A DNA stretch of 64,000 bases from an uncultured OM43 clade bacterium (lineage in GTDB: Bacteria > Pseudomonadota > Gammaproteobacteria > Burkholderiales > Methylophilaceae): contig CACEEB010000001.1 of assembly GCA_902558495.1 (NCBI GenBank), positions 5,884 to 69,883 on the forward strand. The letters are read 5' to 3'. This document shows positions 29,501 to 38,396 of this stretch, piece by piece. The position numbers and the translations under genes are program-made. Every line of letters starts with the position of its first letter. The stretch's first letter is position 1. Under the pieces are notes generated by a model that was given only the letters and a program-made list of their open reading frames with translations, was not told the origin of the DNA and did not search any database.

Positions 29501-30530
29501 TTTTAGTAAAATACACCTAATACGTGAGGAGAAAGACAGTAAAAATGAAGAAATCATTACTGAGGAAAATATAAAGACTGAAACTGATTCTGGACATGAA
29601 TCAAATACGGAATTGAGTAAGATTGATATGAAGGTAGACTCATTTAAAATCAATGAAAATGACTATGGAAAAATAATGTTAACGGCTCGTGAAGACCTTG
29701 AAGGCTTTGTTTTTGATTCGTTAAGTATTGTAAACGACGCATATACATTGAAAGGTAATGGATATTGGAAGTCTGATATTTTTCCTGAAAAAACTTCCAT
29801 GAGCTTTGAATGGGATATTAAAAACGTTGGTAACACACTTAATAATCTTGGATATCCTAACCTAATTGAAGATGGATATGCTTCAGTTATTGGATTAATT
29901 ACCTGGGACGATGACCCCGCTAATTTTAGTGCAGAAGATTTTTATGGAAATTTTACAATCAATACAAAAAAAGGAACCATAAAGAAAATTGAGCCTGGGG
30001 TGGCTGGTCGACTTGTAGGTTTAATTTCGCTACAAAATCTACCTAGACGTTTAACTTTAGATTTTAGTGATCTCTTTCAGGAAGGACTTCCTTATAAAAA
30101 GGTGCAAAGTCCAAAAATTATTATTAACAAGGGCGTACTGTCAACTAAGGAGCTTAATATAAAAGCACCATCAGCTAATATTAGGATGGAAGGTATAATT
30201 GATTTTGTGGATGAAACTCAGGATCTTCATGTCATTATTGAACCAAAAGTTAGTGATACTATTACTGCAGGTGCTCTTGTGGGTGGGCCTTTAGCAGCAG
30301 CAGCAGCATTTATTGCACAAAAAATCCTTGATGACCCTTTTAATAAAATTACTACGGCTGAATACCATATTACTGGGTCATGGGATGATCCACAAGAAAA
30401 GATAGTTGATACCAAGGTAGATAATTTCATTGAAGATTCAATTATAAATCCAGCAGGAGATGTCCTTGATGGAGTAGGAGGGGTAATCAATGATTTTATT
30501 ATTCAACCAGCCGAAGAGCTTAATAATTAA
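26589..30530 (+). CDS. yhdP: YhdP/AsmA-like phospholipid transport protein
   Basis: 1313 aa with an N-terminal TM anchor, GRLVGLISLQNLPRRLTLDFSD and YHITGSWDDP. Confidence 0.9.
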   Translation: MHKIIFFTKKFIFPLLLGLIFVLLTGTVAAYFFLKSNTVFVKGLIEKELEARISYDVEIDSVEAQWHFTNPSIIVNGFKIYNKNYQKSIAADKMEFDFSWLSLVKFFPVIDRVQLDRPNINIIRDVNGLISINGIDFTMGKNNLDLSSWLLNQDDVIINEGQLSWQDLTRSNDILQLNDLNFSYGSSKLLSFIGRREFMVNTLINSGSDEYVALNGFIDIRSIENYDDLEGYFNIKLNNFELAKLSPWLDYPENISTGVGDLSADVYLKDAQIIRVDGSTNLNNVTIIKEKFKAIKINNLNSFFDVNYSNNLAQINLNNLSFMVDGFSLESLNLNASFNSSDQLYAISFDIDETDLFSISQLSQYFPDNFNFLKEPMKRLSPTGKISNVKFNWEKGDNFFRGLELKMDVEKINFKPLNGYPGVKNLSAILNIANNEGSLQINSNDLVIIHNNTFRQPVKFDQIIGDLTWLDNRYQISNLKINSQDFVSNMQATYISSDSGAGDIDLEINIPNADISRLSNYYPKSIGEDGLKWLDTSLLRGLASNTKIIIRGNMQEFPFVDEENKPDSLEGLFEVTSSITGSTIEYGTGWPNVENFDIDVKVTGSKIEFTSNQGHILNNEIVSFSGVIDDFTKEDAYLDINLKTNSFLDKMLNAINNSPVKKVMKGTSESMKGSGPGQLDLMLSIPLKDAEAIRYTGSYFFNGSSMENQDLDLPLLSDIKGKLIFDNNGISLNNGRAILSDQPLSIALKNKDKATVMDFSGTFDSKFIATKLGDEWSNNIKGQTEWQGRLTLSDKESDLILSTNLIGLSINSMHDLNKEKDESIPFQLKKRTSTSSIDYIDMTYGKIITARFVRESDNKIKRGFIGINTIPSMPENGIIINASIDFLDTKSIKFLFDHHSQEGNNSKNIQQNSLFEKVILNVDELMIKGNKLTKASINYAPTIDGSNIRIDSREVSGDISWSLPDKLYKLNFSKIHLIREEKDSKNEEIITEENIKTETDSGHESNTELSKIDMKVDSFKINENDYGKIMLTAREDLEGFVFDSLSIVNDAYTLKGNGYWKSDIFPEKTSMSFEWDIKNVGNTLNNLGYPNLIEDGYASVIGLITWDDDPANFSAEDFYGNFTINTKKGTIKKIEPGVAGRLVGLISLQNLPRRLTLDFSDLFQEGLPYKKVQSPKIIINKGVLSTKELNIKAPSANIRMEGIIDFVDETQDLHVIIEPKVSDTITAGALVGGPLAAAAAFIAQKILDDPFNKITTAEYHITGSWDDPQEKIVDTKVDNFIEDSIINPAGDVLDGVGGVINDFIIQPAEELNN

Positions 30531-30551
30531 TAAAAATCAGAAGGGAAATGA

Positions 30552-30821
30552 ATGAAAAATTTTTTATGTTGTCTGTGGTCTACACCTACCGCTGTTGTGT
30601 TAGGTTCTTTAATAATTGCTTTTCACCATGTATGGATCAACAAATATGAGTTTATTCCATACGACAATGGGCAGTCATTTACGGTAGTTAATAAATGGAC
30701 TGGAAAGATATGCACTCACCCTGTCACCCTTGAATCGCACGATACCTTGTTTGACAAAGGGGCTGTTTTTCTTACTTGTGACGAATTCCCCTTAGAGTCT
30801 GGTAAGGTAGAGTTACCGTAA
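30552..30821 (+). CDS. hypothetical small membrane-anchored protein
   Basis: 89 aa with an N-terminal hydrophobic helix, a VNKWTGKIC motif and a purine-rich SD. Confidence 0.6.
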   Translation: MKNFLCCLWSTPTAVVLGSLIIAFHHVWINKYEFIPYDNGQSFTVVNKWTGKICTHPVTLESHDTLFDKGAVFLTCDEFPLESGKVELP

Positions 30822-30849
30822 ATCGTTTTGAAAATATCTTTTATATATA

Positions 30850-31353
30850 ATGGTTAATATCTACCGCACTATATTGTTAGTATTTATGGTTATGACATCA
30901 GCATATGCTTATGCAGATATCATTGGTATTGTGCAGAAAGTAGTTGATGGAGATACCATACATTTAACAGATGATAATGGGAAGCTACACAAGGTAAGGT
31001 TACTTGGAATTGACGCGCCAGAGATGGATCAATCCTTTGGGTTTGAGTCGCGAGAGATGCTTGTGAACCTAGTTGAGGGTGAACGAGTAATTATTGACTC
31101 TCGCAAGAAGGATAGATATAAGCGTATATTAGGGAAAATATACTTAGATGATATCGACGTTAATTTGACCATGATAAGCAAGGGTTTAGCTTGGCATTAT
31201 AAGCGTTATAGAAAAGATCAGTTGAAAAGAGATATACCAATTTATTCAGAGGCCGAACAAACAGCAAAGGATAATGCTATTGGTTTGTGGAGTGATACGG
31301 CATTTATTCCGCCATGGGAGTGGCGTCAAAATAAGCGACGAAAAAAACCTTAA
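30850..31353 (+). CDS. thermonuclease (staphylococcal nuclease-like) family protein, secreted
   Basis: VVDGDT, VRLLGIDAPE, DRYKRIL, GLW and PWEWR. Confidence 0.93.
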   Translation: MVNIYRTILLVFMVMTSAYAYADIIGIVQKVVDGDTIHLTDDNGKLHKVRLLGIDAPEMDQSFGFESREMLVNLVEGERVIIDSRKKDRYKRILGKIYLDDIDVNLTMISKGLAWHYKRYRKDQLKRDIPIYSEAEQTAKDNAIGLWSDTAFIPPWEWRQNKRRKKP

Positions 31354-31946
31354 ATTTTCTTTCTTTCGACAACTGCTTGAGCCAGTGTTCCGCTATCAAT
31401 ATATTCAATTTCTCCGCCCATAGGCAAGCCTCTTGCAATTCTTGTGATTTTTATATTAGTTTCTTTTAAAAGTTCCTGAATGTACTGAGCCGTTGCGTTC
31501 CCTTCAGCAGTAAAATTAGTTGCCAATATCACTTCTTTGATATCCGCGTTTTTTATGCGTTCAATCAGTTTATTAAGGTGAATTTCTTTGGGACCAATCC
31601 CATCAAGAGGAGATAATCTTCCCATTAAAACAAAGTACATACCCTTATAAGAGTGGGTTTGCTCCATCATTAAAAGGTCAGTGGGCATCTCCACTACACA
31701 TAGTGTATGTTGATCTCTTTTTGGTGATGAACAAATATTACAAATTTCTTCTTCAGAAAAATTATTGCATAATTTGCAGTTACCTAACTGTTCCAATGCG
31801 TCTGTAATTGAATCAGATAGATTCTTTGCCCCCTTGCGGTTCCTTTGAAGGAGATAATATGCAAGTCTTAATGCTGATTTGGGACCAACTCCTGGTAGGC
31901 ATTTCAAAGCATCAACTAAGCTTTCCAGGCGATCAGTTTCTTTCAT
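31350..31946 (-). CDS. recR: recombination mediator RecR
   Basis: LPGVGPKSA, C4 zinc finger and a Toprim domain. Confidence 0.97.
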   Translation of the reverse strand: MKETDRLESLVDALKCLPGVGPKSALRLAYYLLQRNRKGAKNLSDSITDALEQLGNCKLCNNFSEEEICNICSSPKRDQHTLCVVEMPTDLLMMEQTHSYKGMYFVLMGRLSPLDGIGPKEIHLNKLIERIKNADIKEVILATNFTAEGNATAQYIQELLKETNIKITRIARGLPMGGEIEYIDSGTLAQAVVERKKI

Positions 31947-31947
31947 C

Positions 31948-32256
31948 TTAGAAGGGAAGATTCATACCAGGTGGGACTAAGCCACCCATTTTTGTAGAGG
32001 TTGTTGATTCAATCTTCTGTAAGGCATCTTTTAAAGCTACCAGCACCATATCCTCTAACATTTCTTTGTCATCTAATATGGATGGATCTATATCAATTTT
32101 TTTTACTTCATGCTTACAAGTCATCAAAATTTTTACAAGGCCACTACTTGCTGATCCTTCCACTTCTATTGTTGCAAGCTCTGCTTGGGCTTTTTGCAAA
32201 TTAGCTTGCATCATTTGAGCTTGTTTCATAATATTGCCCATACCACCTTTACTCAT
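31948..32256 (-). CDS. ybaB: YbaB/EbfC nucleoid-associated protein
   Basis: MKQAQMMQ...EMLEDMV; between dnaX and recR; start ATG at 32256. Confidence 0.93.
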   Translation of the reverse strand: MSKGGMGNIMKQAQMMQANLQKAQAELATIEVEGSASSGLVKILMTCKHEVKKIDIDPSILDDKEMLEDMVLVALKDALQKIESTTSTKMGGLVPPGMNLPF

Positions 32257-32257
32257 A

Positions 32258-33895
32258 CTATTTCCCTTTTTTAATTGGTTCAATACTGGATGGAATAATT
32301 TCTGCATTAAAGTCAGAGATTAATTCCTTAACTAAACTATCTTGCATAATAGCAGATTCAATATTTTCCATTAACTCTGCTTTTTGAGCTCTCTTCTCTA
32401 AAGCTGGAGAGGTGCTTATTTTATCAACAGTTATTATCACCTTTATTTTTTTATTAAAGTGATTAATAAGTACCTCTTCAAGTTTTTCTGAGTAATGACC
32501 TCTTGAAAGATGAGTTTTTGATTCATCGATAGATAGATGGAAAGTATTATCTTGAAGTTCAATAAATTGGCACTCTTGCGCTAACGATTTAGCAACACCA
32601 TTTTTGAGTTGATTGACTAAGGTAGACCAATCTCCATCAAAAGTTATATTATTGTTTTCCTGCTTAGCTTCTGTTAATTCAATATTGGTGGACTTATTCT
32701 TAATTTCTCCATTTTCAGATTTTAATGGGAGTGGCTCATTGGGTTGACTTTTTTTTTCATGCGGTTTTTTATCGTTTTTTTTGATATTTTCTTGAGATGT
32801 TAATCCTAGGTTACTTGTTGGATAAAATGCTAACATCCTCAATAATGTCATATTAAAACCAGTTATAGGGTCTGGAGCTAGATATAAATCCTTTTTTCCA
32901 TGTATGCAGATTTGGTAAAATAATTGTAGACTTTCAGCAGTCAATTCATCTGCAAGCTTTTGGTACATATCTTTCTTGCTTGAATTTTTTAAATGATCTG
33001 GAATAATTTTACAGACTGTTAGTTCATGAAATAATTTTGCTAAATCATTCAAGGCACCTTCGAATGATATATTATTGGCATCCATTTCCCTTGCTAATTT
33101 ATTTAAACTAACTCCATTTTGCGCTATTAAGCATTCAATTATTTTAAATAAAATTTCATCATCTATGGTGCCTAGCATTTGAATGACTTTTTCAACACTA
33201 ACCTTACTTTGAGAGAAGGCTATGGCTTGATCTAAAATTGATAAGGAATCTCGCATACTTCCATTGGAAGCTTTTGCTATGATCTGTAAAGCTTCATCTT
33301 CTGCTTCAATTTTTTCTTCATTTAGAATATGTTTGAGATGGTTCGTGATATCGTCAACAGTCATTTGTCTTAAATTAAATTGAAGGCATCTTGATAAGAC
33401 AGTGACTGGAACCTTTTGTATTTCTGTGGTTGCAAGGATAAATTTAATGTGTTCAGGAGGCTCCTCTAAGGTTTTCAACATCGCATTAAATGCACTTTTG
33501 GATAGCATATGCACTTCGTCAATAATATAAATCTTAAAACGACCAGAGGTGGGCGCATATTGTGCATTTTCAAGAAGCTCAATCATATTATCCACACCGG
33601 TGTTAGACGCCGCATCAAGTTCAATAAGATCGACATAGCGGCCGACATCTATTTCTGTGCAGGCAGGACACTTCAAGCAGGGTTTAGATGTTATTCCAGT
33701 ATCACAGTTAAGGGACTTCGCCAGGATTCGTGCAATCGTAGTTTTACCAATTCCCCTGGTGCCGTTAAAGATATAGGCATGATGAAGGCGATTTTGGTCA
33801 AGTGCATTACTTAAAGCTTGCACAGCACTCTTCTGACCCACAAGAGTATCAAACGATTTTGGTCGCCATTTTCGGGCTAATACTTGATATGACAT
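32258..33895 (-). CDS. dnaX: DNA polymerase III subunit gamma/tau
   Basis: MSYQVLARKWRP, GTRGIGKTT, DEVHML and SRC. Confidence 0.98.
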   Translation of the reverse strand: MSYQVLARKWRPKSFDTLVGQKSAVQALSNALDQNRLHHAYIFNGTRGIGKTTIARILAKSLNCDTGITSKPCLKCPACTEIDVGRYVDLIELDAASNTGVDNMIELLENAQYAPTSGRFKIYIIDEVHMLSKSAFNAMLKTLEEPPEHIKFILATTEIQKVPVTVLSRCLQFNLRQMTVDDITNHLKHILNEEKIEAEDEALQIIAKASNGSMRDSLSILDQAIAFSQSKVSVEKVIQMLGTIDDEILFKIIECLIAQNGVSLNKLAREMDANNISFEGALNDLAKLFHELTVCKIIPDHLKNSSKKDMYQKLADELTAESLQLFYQICIHGKKDLYLAPDPITGFNMTLLRMLAFYPTSNLGLTSQENIKKNDKKPHEKKSQPNEPLPLKSENGEIKNKSTNIELTEAKQENNNITFDGDWSTLVNQLKNGVAKSLAQECQFIELQDNTFHLSIDESKTHLSRGHYSEKLEEVLINHFNKKIKVIITVDKISTSPALEKRAQKAELMENIESAIMQDSLVKELISDFNAEIIPSSIEPIKKGK

Positions 33896-33920
33896 GTTGT
33901 CTTTTCAATTAAGTTATTAA

Positions 33921-34015
33921 GGCGAGCCAGACCCCCGGCACTTGTATCTTTAGTTGTGGCTGCTTGCTTCCGCACCTGACCAGGTTAGCTAAATAACAAT
34001 GCGGGGAGGCCCGCC
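33921..34015 (-). ncRNA. ffs: signal recognition particle 4.5S RNA
   Basis: Reverse complement contains the SRP core GGTCAGGTGCGGAAGCAAGCAGCC, with paired GC-rich ends, upstream of dnaX. Confidence 0.93.
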
Positions 34016-34053
34016 AACAAATATTTTACCTGAATAAAACCTATCTTCACTAT

Positions 34054-34431
34054 TTACCCACATTTTTTTACTGGATGATCTTTAAGGTACTCCCATTCTT
34101 CATCAGTATAAATTCGAGAGCGAATAATGAATCGTAAGCCTGTTGGTCTCTCAAGCGAAAATTGACCACCAGTTCCTTTTATGGCATCCAAGGTAATATG
34201 CGTGTGCTCCCAATAGGCAAATTGCTCGGCACTCATATAAAAGGCGGTATTTCTTACGGTACCTATTTCAACGTCAGCATTCCCAACATAGAATTCGCCC
34301 TTGGTGTAGCACATAGGAGCACTTCCATCGCAACAGCCACCAGACTGATGAAACATGAGTTCTCCGTGCTGTGCTGTCAGCTCGTCAATGAGTTTGTTTG
34401 CAGATTCTGTAGTTGATATTCTTGTTATCAT
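34054..34431 (-). CDS. DUF779 family protein
   Basis: MFHQSGGCCDGSAPMC and FSLE; the usual partner of AldB-type dehydrogenases. Confidence 0.92.
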   Translation of the reverse strand: MITRISTTESANKLIDELTAQHGELMFHQSGGCCDGSAPMCYTKGEFYVGNADVEIGTVRNTAFYMSAEQFAYWEHTHITLDAIKGTGGQFSLERPTGLRFIIRSRIYTDEEWEYLKDHPVKKCG

Positions 34432-34434
34432 GAT

Positions 34435-34463
34435 AAATAAAGGCCAAGCAAATACTTGGCCTT
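34435..34463 (-). terminator. terminator-like hairpin between the aldehyde dehydrogenase and DUF779 genes
   Basis: AAGGCCAAG/CTTGGCCTT stem; on the minus strand it runs into TTTATTT. Confidence 0.65.
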
Positions 34464-34481
34464 ATCTATTTTCTATTCGAT

Positions 34482-36005
34482 CTAAAAGAAACCGAGTTTA
34501 GTTTCGCTGTAACTTACATATAAATTTTTCGTTTGCTGGTAATGATCGAGCATCATTTTGTGCGTTTCACGTCCGATACCTGATGATTTGTAACCACCAA
34601 ACGCTGCATGTGCAGGATAGGCATGGTAGCAGTTAGTCCACACTCGACCAGCCTGAATACCTTTACCCATTCTAAATGCAGTATTACCATCTCTAGTCCA
34701 TACCCCAGCCCCCAGACCATAAAGGGTATCGTTGGCAATTTCTAATGCCTCTGCCTCATCTTTAAAGGTTGTAACGGATACAACAGGACCAAAGATTTCT
34801 TCTTGGAAAATACGCATTTTATTATTACCTTTAAATACAGTTGGCTCAATATAGTAGCCACCTGTATGCTCCCCCTCGTGAGTAGTTTTATTTCCACCAA
34901 TTAAAAGTTCTGCACCTTCCTCTTTACCAAGCTTAATATAAGATAGAATTTTTTCCATTTGCTCACTAGAAGCTTGTGCACCAAGCATAGTCGATGCATC
35001 CAAAGGACTTCCTTGCTTAATTGCTTTCACTCGCTCCAGCGCTCTTTCCATAAACTTATCGTAAATAGATTCTTGAATTAGTGCGCGGGAAGGACAGGTA
35101 CATACCTCGCCCTGGTTAAGGGCAAACATGGTAAAGCCTTCTAATGCTTTATCAAAAAAGCTGTCATCTTGCTCTAAAATATCTTCAAAGAAAATATTTG
35201 GAGATTTACCACCTAACTCAAGAGTGACTGGAATAATATTTTGCGATGCATATTGCATAATCAATCGACCCGTTGTGGTTTCACCGGTAAAGGCAATTTT
35301 AGCAATTCGGGTTGAACTGGCTAGTGGTTTTCCTGCTTCCAGACCAAAACCATTAACAACATTCAATACACCTGGTGGCAAAAGATCCCCAATAATTTCT
35401 ATTAATACCATAATAGATACAGGTGTTTGCTCCGCAGGTTTCAATACAATACAGTTACCCGCAGCTAATGCTGGCGCTAATTTCCATACTGCCATCAAAA
35501 TAGGGAAGTTCCATGGAATGATTTGACCAACAACACCTAGTGGCTCATGAAAATGATAGGCCATGGACTCATGATCTATCTCCCCAATAGAACCCTCTTG
35601 GGCTCTAATTGCACTTGCAAAATAGCGAAAGTGATCAATTGCAAGGGGAATATCAGCTGCCATACATTCACGTATAGGTTTGCCATTATCCACTGTTTCC
35701 GCAAGGGATATGGTTTCAAGATTTTGTTCCATTCTGTCAGCAATTTTGAGAAGAATATTGGCACGTTCTGTTGCGCTCGTTTTACCCCAAGCATCTTTTG
35801 CAGCATGCCCGGCATCTAAAGCAAGATTTATATCTTTTTCATTAGAACGGGCAACCTCACAGAAAGGCTTTCCTGATATAGGTGTAATATTTTCAAAATA
35901 CTTACCATCAACTGGTTTAACCCATTGATTATTTATATAATTATCGTATTTTTCTTTTTTATATGGGCTGTCAATTCCAAGATCTTTAAGGGTGGTAAAA
36001 GCCAT
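34482..36005 (-). CDS. aldB: NAD-dependent aldehyde dehydrogenase (AldB/ExaC type)
   Basis: [33 protein letters not shown] and EEIFGPV. Confidence 0.92.
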   Translation of the reverse strand: MAFTTLKDLGIDSPYKKEKYDNYINNQWVKPVDGKYFENITPISGKPFCEVARSNEKDINLALDAGHAAKDAWGKTSATERANILLKIADRMEQNLETISLAETVDNGKPIRECMAADIPLAIDHFRYFASAIRAQEGSIGEIDHESMAYHFHEPLGVVGQIIPWNFPILMAVWKLAPALAAGNCIVLKPAEQTPVSIMVLIEIIGDLLPPGVLNVVNGFGLEAGKPLASSTRIAKIAFTGETTTGRLIMQYASQNIIPVTLELGGKSPNIFFEDILEQDDSFFDKALEGFTMFALNQGEVCTCPSRALIQESIYDKFMERALERVKAIKQGSPLDASTMLGAQASSEQMEKILSYIKLGKEEGAELLIGGNKTTHEGEHTGGYYIEPTVFKGNNKMRIFQEEIFGPVVSVTTFKDEAEALEIANDTLYGLGAGVWTRDGNTAFRMGKGIQAGRVWTNCYHAYPAHAAFGGYKSSGIGRETHKMMLDHYQQTKNLYVSYSETKLGFF

Positions 36006-36130
36006 GCTATCTCCTGATTTATTTATTGTTAGTGAACGAATTAAATTATTTTGTAAAATAAAACAATAATCCTATTAATATGATAAATCAAGGTAAATAA
36101 TGTTTGCAATTGCTATATAATTTGCAGCTC

Positions 36131-36222
36131 GGAAGGGTGGCCGAGTGGTTTAAGGCGCACGCCTGGAAAGCGTGTTTAGGGTATATTCCCTAACGAGGGT
36201 TCGAATCCCTCTCCTTCCGCCA
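36131..36222 (+). tRNA. tRNA-Ser (GGA)
   Basis: GGAAGGGTGGCCGAGTGG...CT-GGA-AA, long variable arm, GTTCGAATCC and CCA end. Confidence 0.97.
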
Positions 36223-36418
36223 AATTTCACCCTTGTTAGCTTTAATAACCCATCGAAAGTTTTATTTAAAATCAGTCATATAAACGTAATAATCTTATGA
36301 TGTTTATTTTATTTACTTATTTAAAGAGTGTCATATTTAATTTATTACTGATAGAGTTAGATTTATTAAGGTTCGGTTACTTTAAATAATTAAGCTTTAA
36401 TTTATATGGATAATTGAA

Positions 36419-37147
36419 TTGGACAAAAGTGTTTATAAAAAAATATTACTGATATGTACTTTTTTTTATGCTTCGCTATGCTTTGCTGAGGATGAAAATT
36501 TTTATACTGCATTCAAGAGTGGGGCATCATATGGACAAAACACTGGGCTGGTCAGTTATGATAATAATGTAGGTGAGGGTGGTGCAGCAACCCTTCAAAA
36601 TAGCGACTTAAGTTCTTCCTTAACTTCTGGCATAAGCGTTGGTATATATTTTACCAATAATCTTCGTGGAGATTTTTCACTCGAATATAAAAACAACCAA
36701 AAGCTATCTACTACCGATTCTCCAACACCTGCATTTGATTATACTGGTGGTTTTAGCAGTGTAAGCAGTTTTTTAACGGGGTTTTATGATTTTGATTCCG
36801 TCGATATCATAGATAGATCTATCACTCCCTTTGTGCTAGGCGGAATAGGCTACGCAATTAATGAAACAGGCAAAATCAAAATTCTTGAGATAGGAGCAGC
36901 CGAAGCCGATGCTGTCTTTATGGATAGTGACTTTGAGGAAAATATAGCTTGGAAGGTTGGGGCTGGTGCGAGCGTAAATATTACCAATAACTTAATATTT
37001 GACATGCAATATGAATTTGTGGATTTAGGTTCTTTAAAGGCGGGAGATTTCTTTAGAGCTGGGGAAATGATAGGTACGATGGAGATCCCCATGAAATTTG
37101 ATTACCGAACGCATGATTTTAACGTAGGTCTTCGATACAGCTTTTAA
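36419..37147 (+). CDS. outer-membrane beta-barrel protein (Opa/OmpA-like)
   Basis: Signal peptide, amphipathic strands (ITPFVLGGIGYA, AWKVGAG) and the C-terminal BAM motif GLRYSF. Confidence 0.88.
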   Translation: MDKSVYKKILLICTFFYASLCFAEDENFYTAFKSGASYGQNTGLVSYDNNVGEGGAATLQNSDLSSSLTSGISVGIYFTNNLRGDFSLEYKNNQKLSTTDSPTPAFDYTGGFSSVSSFLTGFYDFDSVDIIDRSITPFVLGGIGYAINETGKIKILEIGAAEADAVFMDSDFEENIAWKVGAGASVNITNNLIFDMQYEFVDLGSLKAGDFFRAGEMIGTMEIPMKFDYRTHDFNVGLRYSF

Positions 37148-37150
37148 TGA

Positions 37151-37258
37151 TTAATATGCATCTGCCCAGTTGTTGGGGTCTCATTAAGTCTTACGCTTTT
37201 TGTCTTTATTAACTCATTGAATTCCTCTTCAAAAGCCTTAAATAAAATATTAAAGGCC
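37151..37258 (-). pseudogene. decayed duplicate of the queD 3' end
   Basis: About 83% identical by manual alignment to 37956-38063. Reads AFNILFKAFEEEFNELIKTKSVRLNETP/NWADAY* with a 1-nt deletion. Confidence 0.88.
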
Positions 37259-37401
37259 ATTCAAATATTCTCTATTTCTGTCAATAGTGGATTTGTTTTA
37301 ATCTATTCCATCAATTTTGAAATAAAATATAGGTTATAGTAAGCTTTAAGTAAAAAATGCACCAAAAAGCTATTGTAATGTTTTTGAATAGGGATTAGAT
37401 C

Positions 37402-37947
37402 ATGATATTCAGATTTAAGATTATTTTATTTACAATCTTTATGTTTATTTCACAGATTGGTTTAAGTGCTTCTAAAGTTGAAATCGATGCTCAAATAGAT
37501 GAAGTTCTAATTAAACTATATGACTTTTCACCGGCAGCAAAAACTTTAGCAAGCAAAGCTGAGGGTATTTTAGTTTTTCCAAATATTGTTAAGGCTGGAT
37601 GGGTTATTGGTGGCTCCTATGGAGAGGGCGCCTTAAGAGTGAATGATCAGAACATTCAATACTATAATAATATTTCTGGTTCTGTTGGGTTTCAATTTGG
37701 AGTAGAAAAAAGATCTGAAGTAATTATTTTTTTAGACAAAACTGCTTTAATTTCTTTTCAAACAAGCGACGGTTGGGATGGCGGTGCTGATGGTAGTGTG
37801 GCTATTGCAACTTTTGGAACAGGTGAAGCTTTTACGTTAGAAAATATTAAAGATCCAATTGTTTCTTTTATATTCTCGCCTGAAGGCTTAATGATTAATG
37901 CCTCGCTTGAGGGTACAAAGATTAGTAAGATAAAAACTCCTGAATAG
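37402..37947 (+). CDS. Ysc84/SYLF lipid-binding domain secreted protein
   Basis: GILVFP.IVKAG..IGG.YGEG, GSVGFQFG and GLM..ASLEGTKISK. Confidence 0.88.
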   Translation: MIFRFKIILFTIFMFISQIGLSASKVEIDAQIDEVLIKLYDFSPAAKTLASKAEGILVFPNIVKAGWVIGGSYGEGALRVNDQNIQYYNNISGSVGFQFGVEKRSEVIIFLDKTALISFQTSDGWDGGADGSVAIATFGTGEAFTLENIKDPIVSFIFSPEGLMINASLEGTKISKIKTPE

Positions 37948-37955
37948 CTTTAATC

Positions 37956-38393
37956 CTAGTATGCATCTGCCCAGTTGTTTGGGGTCTCAAACAGTCTTAC
38001 CCTCTTGGGCTTTATCAACCCTTTGAATTCCTCTTCAAAAGCCTTGGATATGATATCAAAGGCTACTAAGGCCATATTTTCAGCTGTAGGTACTTTAGGA
38101 AAGATTACGGTTTTATGATTTTCTAAGCTATTTAAAAAATCGAGCACCTCTTTATCTTTTTCATAGACAATAAAAGCATGATCCCAAGGTTCTACGATGA
38201 CCTTTTTGATGAGACTTTTTGCATCCTTAAAATCCATTACCATTCCAAAATCAGAAATATCTTCCTGATCAATAATATCTCCTACAATAGTAACCTCCAG
38301 GGCATATCTGTGCCCGTGCAAGTTTCTACAGTTACTTTTATGATTAGGTATTCTATGACCAGAATCAAATTCCATTCTTGTGGTAATTTCCAT
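37956..38393 (-). CDS. queD: 6-carboxy-5,6,7,8-tetrahydropterin synthase
   Basis: FDSGH, C.NLHGH, DH, PTAEN and ETP. Confidence 0.92.
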   Translation of the reverse strand: MEITTRMEFDSGHRIPNHKSNCRNLHGHRYALEVTIVGDIIDQEDISDFGMVMDFKDAKSLIKKVIVEPWDHAFIVYEKDKEVLDFLNSLENHKTVIFPKVPTAENMALVAFDIISKAFEEEFKGLIKPKRVRLFETPNNWADAY

Positions 38394-38396
38394 AGA

